IMG/VR virus record: IMGVR_UViG_3300050154_000067 | Source: a virus | Strand: one strand, 5' to 3' | Length of the DNA: 43,258 nt | Shown: positions 1 through 7,002 of the stretch, one piece after another | How positions within the stretch are numbered: position 1 is the first letter of the stretch | Layout of the letters: the number at the start of each line of letters is the position of its first letter | Notes under the pieces: model-generated | What the model was told of the DNA's origin: nothing | The model's input: only the letters and a program-made list of their open reading frames with translations | Database searches by the model: none | Translations under genes and position numbers: made by a program

Positions 1-127
1 AAAATAAAACGACTTTGGGCAGCATGACCGTCGAGGAAATTGCGGGGGGAATTAACGCAATCAACCCGAACGTTCAGGTAAAAGTTCCAGAGGTAGAGCC
101 TGAACCAATTGATGCTGAGTTTTACCC
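1..127. repeat. Terminal direct repeat: bases 1-127 are identical to 43132-43258 (overlap of a circularly closed contig; unique length 43131 bp)
   Basis: Base-by-base comparison of both window ends; identity runs exactly to the window edges. Confidence 0.95.
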
Positions 128-1496
128 TGAAATAGAGCAACAAATCGCACCACAAAATATTCCGGAAACTATTCCTGATACAGCTGAACCACCAGCACCA
201 GAATACCCGGCGTTCTTTGAGCCTGGCCGCTACGAAGGGATCCCTAACGAGGTTTACCACGCCGCGAATGGCATCAGCTCAACACAAGTGAAGGACGCCC
301 GTGTATCGCTGATGTATTTCAATGCTCGGCATGTTGAAAAAACAATCAAAAAAGAACGGTCAGCCGTGTTGGATATGGGGAACCTTGTCCACGCTTTAGC
401 CCTTGAGCCTGAAAAGCTTGATCAGGAATTTAGCATTGAACCGGCGATCCCCGATGGCGCTTTCACAACAACGGCAACGATCCGCGCATTTATCGATAAA
501 TACAATGCAAGCCTACCGGCACAGCTCAGTGCAGACGAAATAAAGGCGCTGATCGAGGCACATAACGCCACGCTGCCCGCCCAGTTGTCGCTCGGTGCTT
601 CCGTTGACGAGACAGGACAAATCTATATGACTCTTCCCGTTGAATTTCAGCGGATAGAAGAGGGCCAGAAACAAACTGCAGCGGCAATGAAAGCCTGCAT
701 CAAAGAATACAACGCCACCCTGCCCGCCCAAATTAAAACTAGTGGCGGCCGGGACGCCCTGCTCGAGCAACTGGCAATAATCAACCCGGATATGGTCGCC
801 CAGGAAGCGCAAAAACCAGAACCGTTGAAAGTGTCAGGGAACAAGTTGGACCTGATCCAGGCAGTAAAAGCGGTTAATCCCGAGGCGATATTTGCCGACG
901 AACTGCTGGACGCGTGGCGCGAGAATCCAGAAAACAAAATCCTGGTTACTCACCAACAAACCGCCACGGCCACTGCTATTCAGTCTGCATTGCTGGCGCA
1001 CCCAACGGCAGGAAAACTGCTATCGCATCCTGACCGTTCAGTCGAAGTGAGCTATTTCGGTTTTGACGAAGAAACAGGGCTGGAAGTTCGCGTTCGCCCC
1101 GATCTAGAGATTGATATGGATGGAATACGAATTGGTGCGGACTTGAAAACTATCAGCATGTGGAATGTTAAACAGGAAAGTTTGAGGGCAAAACTGCATC
1201 GGGAAATCATCGAACGTGATTACCACCTTAGCGCAGCCATGTACTGCGAAACAGCTGGGTTAGATCAGTTCTTCTGGATTTTCGTGAATAAGGATGAGGG
1301 GTATCACTGGATTGCCATCATAGAGGCGTCAGCGGAATTGCTGGAACTGGGGATGCTCGAGTATCGCAAGACAATGAGATCCATAGCCAATGCAATGGAT
1401 ACCGGTGTATGGCCTGCGCCCGTCGTAGAAGACTACACCGACGAATTAAACGATTTTGATTTGCGCCGTCTCGAGTCACTTCGGGCGCAGGCATAA
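1..1496 (+). CDS. recE: RecE-like exodeoxyribonuclease VIII, 3' part (PD-(D/E)XK nuclease domain) of the ORF that starts at 41886 and wraps over the circle junction
   Basis: ORF 15..1496 is in the same phase as the unterminated ORF 41886..43258 through the 127-bp overlap. Motifs: GIPNEVYH, GNLVHALALEP, RPDLEID...ADLKT (D...D-x-K). A RecT-like gene follows directly. Confidence 0.8.
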   Translation, partial: NKTTLGSMTVEEIAGGINAINPNVQVKVPEVEPEPIDAEFYPEIEQQIAPQNIPETIPDTAEPPAPEYPAFFEPGRYEGIPNEVYHAANGISSTQVKDARVSLMYFNARHVEKTIKKERSAVLDMGNLVHALALEPEKLDQEFSIEPAIPDGAFTTTATIRAFIDKYNASLPAQLSADEIKALIEAHNATLPAQLSLGASVDETGQIYMTLPVEFQRIEEGQKQTAAAMKACIKEYNATLPAQIKTSGGRDALLEQLAIINPDMVAQEAQKPEPLKVSGNKLDLIQAVKAVNPEAIFADELLDAWRENPENKILVTHQQTATATAIQSALLAHPTAGKLLSHPDRSVEVSYFGFDEETGLEVRVRPDLEIDMDGIRIGADLKTISMWNVKQESLRAKLHREIIERDYHLSAAMYCETAGLDQFFWIFVNKDEGYHWIAIIEASAELLELGMLEYRKTMRSIANAMDTGVWPAPVVEDYTDELNDFDLRRLESLRAQA

Positions 1497-1501
1497 GGGG
1501 A

Positions 1502-2602
1502 ATGACAATGCAAAACATGGCAATTTCAACAAACGTACAGGACCAGGTAACTAACTCAAATGTTGCCTTGTTCGACCCCCAGTACCTGGCGGCGATCAGC
1601 TCATTTGCACAAATTATGGCGCAGGGTGCAGCAACCATACCCAAGCACTTACAGGGGAATGTTGCTGACTGTATGGCCGTCGCCATGCAAGCAGCGCAGT
1701 GGAAACTTAGCCCTTTTGCGGTAGCGCAGAAAACGCACCTCATTAATGGCGTACTTGGTTACGAAGCCCAGTTAATCAATGCGGTTATCTCCCGCAGTGG
1801 TGTACTGGCTAACCGTTTCGAATACGAATGGTATGGCCCATGGGAGAACGTGATCGGAAAATTTATCATCAAGAAAAACAGCGATGGTAAAGAGTATCGC
1901 CAGCCTGGTTGGTCAATGGCTGACGAGCGCGATATCGGCATCATTATTAGCGCTCGCCTTAATGGAGAGGATGAGCCGCGTAAACTGGATCTGCTGCTGG
2001 CGCAGGCGCGAGTCCGTAACTCTACTTTGTGGGCTGATGATCCTCGCCAGCAATTGGCATATCTGGCTGTGAAACGCTGGTCAAGGCTCTACTGCCCTGA
2101 CGTCATTCTCGGTGTCTATACGCCCGATGAGCTTGAAGAGCGACAAGAGAAAGTAATTAATCCTGAATCAGTGGATCGCGTCAGCCTGAAAGATATTACT
2201 TCATCGGGCAGCCAGCCAGAAACAACAACCACGACCCAGGAATCAACAATAAATATCGATGATATTGCAGATGAGTTCCGCGATCGCATTATCAAAGCCG
2301 AGACAATGGATCAGGCCAGGGCAATAGGTGAAGAGGTTACAGCACAGAGAACGCTACTGGGAGCTGGGCTGGTTACCGAGCTGAAAAATAAAGCCGTTAA
2401 GCGCCATCACCAACTGAAAGCAAAAAACACTATCGAGGGGCTAATTAATACTCTGCCATCTTCCGGCGATCCGGAGGCATCAAACCGGTTTGCAGAGGTT
2501 GAACAGAAATTAACCTCAGCAAAAAACCACCTTGGTGATGAGTTATTCGAGAAATTCAGCATCACCCTGGCAGACATGAAACCGGAATATGCCGGCGCGT
2601 AA
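1502..2602 (+). CDS. RecT/Red-beta superfamily single-strand annealing protein (putative)
   Basis: 366-aa ORF 5 nt after the recE stop, with AAGGGG SD. The segment AVAMQAAQWKLSPFAVAQKTHLINGVLGYEAQLINAVI aligns by eye with the Red-beta core (ANQYGLNPWTKEIY...GVDGWSRII). Confidence 0.65.
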   Translation: MTMQNMAISTNVQDQVTNSNVALFDPQYLAAISSFAQIMAQGAATIPKHLQGNVADCMAVAMQAAQWKLSPFAVAQKTHLINGVLGYEAQLINAVISRSGVLANRFEYEWYGPWENVIGKFIIKKNSDGKEYRQPGWSMADERDIGIIISARLNGEDEPRKLDLLLAQARVRNSTLWADDPRQQLAYLAVKRWSRLYCPDVILGVYTPDELEERQEKVINPESVDRVSLKDITSSGSQPETTTTTQESTINIDDIADEFRDRIIKAETMDQARAIGEEVTAQRTLLGAGLVTELKNKAVKRHHQLKAKNTIEGLINTLPSSGDPEASNRFAEVEQKLTSAKNHLGDELFEKFSITLADMKPEYAGA

Positions 2603-2639
2603 ACCAAATTGGCGGGGAAACCCGCCACAAGGAAAGGTC

Positions 2640-2873
2640 ATGAGACTGATTAACCGCGCCGAGCCAAAAACCATAGCATGGGATGCCTGTGAAGCAGCGC
2701 TGACCGAGCACAAGCGCAGGTTTGGCGAGTATGCACGGCAGAAAACCAAAACTACTTATCGCATCAAATTGCGGGACAAAAAGATCACAGTTGAGGTCGT
2801 TACCCGCAGCGCCAGTTACGTGGCCACGGCGATGGTATGTGCCAGAAGCCTGAGAAGTATTGTTACTGCATAA
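2640..2873 (+). CDS. Hypothetical small protein (77 aa; internal ATG preferred over ORF-track start 2589)
   Basis: ATG 2640 is preceded by AAGGAAAGG. The 2589 start would overlap recT. A terminator follows. Confidence 0.45.
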   Translation: MRLINRAEPKTIAWDACEAALTEHKRRFGEYARQKTKTTYRIKLRDKKITVEVVTRSASYVATAMVCARSLRSIVTA

Positions 2874-2893
2874 GCCCTTGAAGGGCTTTTTGG
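2872..2893 (+). terminator. Rho-independent terminator
   Basis: AAGCCCTT/AAGGGCTT hairpin followed by TTTTT. Confidence 0.6.
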
Positions 2894-2900
2894 ATGGACC

Positions 2901-3233
2901 ATGACTAAAGCAATTACATCCCAACAGGCGGCGGACCTGCTGATTACGTCAAAAAGAACGGTACATAAGCTTATTGCATCAGGGAAATTGCCAGGTAAAA
3001 AAATTGGCAATAAGTACCGCACAACGGAACAGGCTTGCATTGCGTATTTATCATCTACGGACGACACTACTGATCGGAACGCGGGTGATGTAAAAGGGGA
3101 AGTAAAACCATGTCAATCACCCAAAGAAACGGAGTATGGCACTGTCATTTCTTTACGCCATCAGGAAAGAGAGTTAGGCGCTCTCTTGGCACGAGGGACA
3201 AAAAGCAAGCTCAGGAGTTGTACGACAAACTAA
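2901..3233 (+). CDS. xis: Excisionase / AlpA-like HTH DNA-binding protein
   Basis: N-terminal '[30 protein letters not shown]' is a typical excisionase-family HTH. It lies immediately upstream of, and overlaps, int. Confidence 0.6.
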   Translation: MTKAITSQQAADLLITSKRTVHKLIASGKLPGKKIGNKYRTTEQACIAYLSSTDDTTDRNAGDVKGEVKPCQSPKETEYGTVISLRHQERELGALLARGTKSKLRSCTTN

Positions 3234-4273
3234 AGTCTGAGGCCTGGCGAGTCGATAGCCTGGGGGATTTGCCTACCAGGACATTTGAGGATTGTTGCAT
3301 TCGCTGGCTGAGAGAAAAAGAGCATAAGCGCTCACTGGACGATGATAAAACCAAGATTGAATTTTTTCTTGGCCACTTCTCAGGGCGTGATATTTCAACC
3401 ATTACCCCGAATGAAGTACAGGATGCCGTATCCAAGATGGTGAACCGAAAGCATTTCCAGATATGGGAAAGCAAGCGGAATGCCGCGCAAAAACTTGGTA
3501 AAGAGCCACCAAAATATACGGCGATACCAGTAAGCATGGCGACACGTAGCCAACACCTGTCGTTTATGCGCTCTCTGCTTCGTGCTGTAGCAAATGACTG
3601 GGGTTGGATGAAAACCGCCCCAGCCATCAAAACAAGAAAGCCACAAAGTAAAAGGATTCGATGGCTAACGCGGGAAGAGGCAGAACGGTTAATCGACTGC
3701 ATGCCTGAAAGCATAAAGCCTGTGGTAGTTTTTGCTTTGGCCACCGGCTTGCGCCGCTCAAATATTTTGGATCTTGAGTGGTCGCAAGTCGATATGCTGA
3801 GAAAAGTTGCATGGATAAATCCAGAGAACGCAAAAGCGGGCAAGGCGATTGGCGTAGCTCTGAATGATACCGCATGCAAAATTTTGAGAGAACAGATAGG
3901 AAAACACTCACGTTGGATATTTGTGCACACAAAGCCAAAGCATCGACCAGACGGCACACTTACACCAGCTATCAGGAAAATGCGTGTTGATGATAACTCG
4001 GCCTGGAGCATCGGCCTAAAAAAGGCGGGGATTGAAGATTTTCGATTCCACGATCTTCGACACACCTGGGCAAGCTGGCTTATTCAGTCCGGTGTACCTT
4101 TATCAGCGTTGCAAGAAATGGGGGGATGGGAAAGCACTGAAATGGTTCGTCGCTATGCTCATTTGGCCCCAAATCATCTGACCGAGCATGCACGTAAAAT
4201 CGATGCCATTTTTAGTCATAACGACACAAATACGACACAAGGAGAAAATCAGGCGGGATTGAAGTTGGCGTAA
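3110..4273 (+). CDS. int: Tyrosine site-specific integrase
   Basis: 387 aa. C-terminal '[15 protein letters not shown]...[17 protein letters not shown]' (R-H-R-Y catalytic box). Adjacent to attP with a tRNA fragment. Confidence 0.92.
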   Translation: MSITQRNGVWHCHFFTPSGKRVRRSLGTRDKKQAQELYDKLKSEAWRVDSLGDLPTRTFEDCCIRWLREKEHKRSLDDDKTKIEFFLGHFSGRDISTITPNEVQDAVSKMVNRKHFQIWESKRNAAQKLGKEPPKYTAIPVSMATRSQHLSFMRSLLRAVANDWGWMKTAPAIKTRKPQSKRIRWLTREEAERLIDCMPESIKPVVVFALATGLRRSNILDLEWSQVDMLRKVAWINPENAKAGKAIGVALNDTACKILREQIGKHSRWIFVHTKPKHRPDGTLTPAIRKMRVDDNSAWSIGLKKAGIEDFRFHDLRHTWASWLIQSGVPLSALQEMGGWESTEMVRRYAHLAPNHLTEHARKIDAIFSHNDTNTTQGENQAGLKLA

Positions 4274-4466
4274 CTCATTGATTTTAAGTGGTACGCCCTA
4301 CAGGGCTCGAACCTGTGACCTACGGCTTAGAAGAACGTATGACCTATATTAACTTACTGAATTAACACAATTATCCCGCGTTCCAACGGCATTTTGTGTC
4401 TTTTCGTGTCGTCATGGGTTTTATCGTGTCATGCCGTGTTATTGCGGTACGCCACAAATACGACAC
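4221..4466. other. attP region: tRNA-derived core flanked by arm-type repeats
   Basis: ACGACACAA x2 at 4221/4232. The 14-bp direct repeat CACAAATACGACAC occurs at 4225 and 4453. Four inverted copies (T)TnCGTGTC lie at 4393-4440, spaced 10/20/10 bp. Confidence 0.65.
4289..4338 (-). other. 3' portion of a tRNA-Arg(UCU)-like gene (anticodon loop to CCA); attP core, not an intact tRNA
   Basis: The minus strand reads CTTCTAAGCCGTAGGTCACAGGTTCGAGCCCTGTAGGGCGTACCA: a CU-UCU-AA loop, T-arm ACAGG-TTCGAGC-CCTGT, acceptor 3' strand plus CCA. No D-arm or 5' acceptor strand is present upstream. Confidence 0.75.
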
Positions 4467-4544
4467 GCTACCTAATATCCGAACATCACATAATTATGAT
4501 GAACGGTCGCACTATCTTGGGTATTTCCCAGATCCGCATTCCAT

Positions 4545-4574
4545 AAAAAACCAACCATAATTGGTTGGTTTTTA
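4545..4574. terminator. Bidirectional rho-independent terminator
   Basis: AAAAAA-CCAACCA-TAAT-TGGTTGG-TTTTT. Confidence 0.6.
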
Positions 4575-4755
4575 TGCCCGGGATTTGACTGGTGTAAAAA
4601 TGGTGTAAAGCCCACGCCGATACCTCATTGATCGTAGTAGCCTTGCTAACAGTCACCTTAGAATTCATCCGATAAATCCATAGTATTTATATGGATAAAA
4701 CGGTCTAAAACTCTAGCGGCCAAAATGGGCGTTTGCGTAGTGCTATGGAGAGATT

Positions 4756-4842
4756 TTGAACAATTTTAAGCTATGGATCTTGCTTTTAATAGTCACTGTG
4801 CTCGCAGCCTATCTGGCGGCTCAAGAAATCGGTTTCATATGA
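4756..4842 (+). CDS. Candidate 28-aa hydrophobic peptide (MNNFKLWILLLIVTVLAAYLAAQEIGFI; TTG start)
   Basis: GGAG lies 5 nt upstream of the TTG. There is one predicted TM helix, a possible promoter (TTAGAA-17-TAGTAT, 4658-4686) and a weak hairpin plus T-run at 4876-4892. It is below the ORF-track size cut-off. Confidence 0.25.
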   Translation: MNNFKLWILLLIVTVLAAYLAAQEIGFI

Positions 4843-4890
4843 ATAGCGTTCTGCCGCAGAAGTGAAATCCTTATTGGGTGCGTACCCTTT

Positions 4891-5466
4891 TTATTCACTA
4901 CCTCGGATCATCGCCTGCTCGGCAGCCGGCACATACTTGTAAATCGTCTTTGTCGAAACCTCGCAGATCAATGCAACCTGGTTTACAGTCGCTCCGTTCG
5001 CAAACATACGCCGGGCCCTGGCCACAACGTCGGCCGTCATAACCCGGCGGCGGCCGCCGATCCGGCCTTCTGCTCGAGCGGCTGCTAAACCAGCCATCGT
5101 TCGTTCAACTATCAACTCGCGTTCCATTTCTGCCAGGGCACTCATTACATGAAAGAAAAAACGCCCCATTGCTGTACCGGTATCGATACTGTCAGTAAGA
5201 CTGCGAAAATGGACGCCCTTCCCCTTTAGATCTTCAATCAAGCCAATTAGGTGCCGAACGCTACGGCCTAACCTATCCAACTTCCAGACAACTAGTGAAT
5301 CCCCCGCTTTTAGTGCTTTCATGGCCTTTTTTAGCCCTGGTCGATCCGTAGACTTCCCGCTTATCTTGTCCTCGAAAATCTGCTCACATCCTGCGCTAAC
5401 CAGCGCGTTCCGTTGTAAATCTGTATTTTGGTCATTTGTTGACACCCTTACATAGCCGATTAGCAT
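4891..5466 (-). CDS. Serine recombinase, Hin/Gin/Cin/Pin-type DNA invertase
   Basis: 191 aa. 'MLIGYVRVSTNDQNTDLQ', 'VVWKLDRLGRS', 'GRIGGRRR' hinge and a C-terminal HTH. Adjacent to inverted repeats in the tail-fibre genes. Confidence 0.9.
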   Translation of the reverse strand: MLIGYVRVSTNDQNTDLQRNALVSAGCEQIFEDKISGKSTDRPGLKKAMKALKAGDSLVVWKLDRLGRSVRHLIGLIEDLKGKGVHFRSLTDSIDTGTAMGRFFFHVMSALAEMERELIVERTMAGLAAARAEGRIGGRRRVMTADVVARARRMFANGATVNQVALICEVSTKTIYKYVPAAEQAMIRGSE

Positions 5467-5530
5467 CTAAATCAATCCCGTAAATAGCGTTATTTTGCCG
5501 GATGGGATGAATATCAATGAGTTGAATAGA

Positions 5531-5556
5531 GTCGCTAAAAGGTTCGTTTAGGCGGC
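5531..5556. repeat. Invertase crossover site 1 (CGCTAAAAGG-TT-CGTTTAGGCGG)
   Basis: The 13-bp TTCGTTTAGGCGG (5543-5555) is an exact inverted copy of 7937-7949, with a hix/gix-like AAAnn-TT-nGTTT layout. Confidence 0.7.
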
Positions 5557-6306
5557 GGGCTAACTGGAGTCGTAGGACAGTCGAGAAATGCTACTATGAG
5601 CGTAACGTCTGCCAGCTCGTCTGCGACATGGTCTGCTGATGAGTTGATCGTTGAAACGGCGTTGGGTGGGATACAGTACCGACTGAATTCGGTTAGCCTG
5701 ACTGTTAACCTAGCAATAACTGGGGCAGGAGGCATGGATACCGGCTCTGCCCCGGCATCTGGGTTTGTCGCGCTATACGCGATCTTCAATCCAACAACGC
5801 AAACTGCTGCATTATTAGCAACAAACGCCACATCAGCTAAAGCCCCAGAAGTATACGGCGGTTCATATCTGCCAGTTGGATATACAGCTAGCGCATTAGT
5901 GGCTGTGTGGCCGACCGATCCAAGTGGCCGACTGAAGATCGGCTATTTGAATGGCAGGCGATTAAATTTGCAGCCGGTGACGTTATTAACAACGGGAGCC
6001 ATTCCATCAACGCCAACAGCTTTAAACATCTCCGGTTTTCTCCCCTTAAACGCTAAAACTCTGTCAGGCGTTGTCACTCAAACAATTTTGGCAGGAACGG
6101 GTGGCATGTTGACATCACTGGCGGCTAACTCTGTACTTAACTCGCACAGCTTTGGTGGGTACTTGTCAGTAACAGGGGTGGGGATTTTCGATACTTTCGA
6201 TGAGTTGGCTATTCTCACTAGCCAGTCGATTTACTATTACGGAAATATTTCCGGCAGTCCAACTTCATATACCGTTGCCATAGCTGGCGTGGGGTACACA
6301 ATATGA
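5539..6306 (+). CDS. Silent alternative tail-fibre C-terminal cassette (no start of its own; would fuse to the fibre N-terminus after inversion)
   Basis: The frame is open from 5539 (KVRLGGGLTG...) upstream of the ORF-track ATG 5596. It shares the RLGG junction with the expressed fibre and has Gly/Ser/Thr-rich fibre-like composition. Confidence 0.7.
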   Translation, partial: KVRLGGGLTGVVGQSRNATMSVTSASSSATWSADELIVETALGGIQYRLNSVSLTVNLAITGAGGMDTGSAPASGFVALYAIFNPTTQTAALLATNATSAKAPEVYGGSYLPVGYTASALVAVWPTDPSGRLKIGYLNGRRLNLQPVTLLTTGAIPSTPTALNISGFLPLNAKTLSGVVTQTILAGTGGMLTSLAANSVLNSHSFGGYLSVTGVGIFDTFDELAILTSQSIYYYGNISGSPTSYTVAIAGVGYTI

Positions 6307-6485
6307 TTTATGCAGCTTTTTCTGACTCAACTAAAACGACTATCATCGCCGTTTTTTCATCCCCGCAAGATGCCATAGCTTGGCCACAGCAGGACGAAAT
6401 TGATGCATCTGATAGTCGTTACAAAGCTTTTTACACAGCTCAACCAGCCTTTATTCAGACTGGCATGCTTGCTGCTACCAGCTAA
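6303..6485 (+). CDS. Small protein coupled to the alternative fibre cassette (putative chaperone/assembly factor)
   Basis: ATGA start/stop overlap with 5539..6306. Its position is equivalent to U' in the Mu G segment. Confidence 0.45.
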   Translation: MIYAAFSDSTKTTIIAVFSSPQDAIAWPQQDEIDASDSRYKAFYTAQPAFIQTGMLAATS

Positions 6486-6996
6486 TCGCCTGAGTCGCCG
6501 CTACGCTTGTAGCGGCATTTACTGATGTGATTAGCGTTTGAAGACGAGTTTGCGCTGCGTTCAGATACGTTTTCCAGTCAGCGACAACCTGTGTTGCCTG
6601 CGCATCCGTGTGAGCCACAAATCCCCAAACACTTCCTGTTTCACACCATAAGCTACCGCCAGCGCCGCTGGCTGCCACGGATGCCTGGTTTTGCTGGTCA
6701 GTTAATTTGCTGGGGTATGTGTGAGAGCTGCCAAGTGCTGATGATACAAACCCAGCGAGCAGATATGCCTGGCACGCTGCAGACAGGATACCGATCTGAG
6801 TTGATTGCGCAGTTGCAAGCAGTTGAGCTGACGTTTGTGCTGCTGGGGCGACGAGACCGCCATTGACGTACGTGTAACCTGGCCCTACGCTTGACCAGTC
6901 ACTATCTGATAGTTCGATACCTCCACTTGCAGGGGCGGTTAAATACATACCTGTGATATTGCCAGTTGAGTCTACTGTTATGTATTTGCTCATCAT
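6475..6996 (-). CDS. Tail-fibre assembly/chaperone-like protein of the expressed cassette
   Basis: 173 aa, 6 nt downstream of the fibre stop. N-terminal 'YITVDSTGNITGMY' style is typical of fibre-associated small proteins. Confidence 0.5.
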   Translation of the reverse strand: MMSKYITVDSTGNITGMYLTAPASGGIELSDSDWSSVGPGYTYVNGGLVAPAAQTSAQLLATAQSTQIGILSAACQAYLLAGFVSSALGSSHTYPSKLTDQQNQASVAASGAGGSLWCETGSVWGFVAHTDAQATQVVADWKTYLNAAQTRLQTLITSVNAATSVAATQAISW

Positions 6997-7002
6997 TTTT
7001 CC

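Noticed and set aside
3211-4065. 284-aa minus-strand ORF inside int (plus other antisense ORFs within sheath, TMP, portal, TerL and capsid genes)
   Set aside because: These lie antisense to genes with strong motif support. They have no SD or operon context and are typical long shadow ORFs.
4486-4668. 60-aa minus-strand ORF next to attP
   Set aside because: It reads straight through the bidirectional terminator hairpin (4545-4574), and no ribosome-binding site is present.
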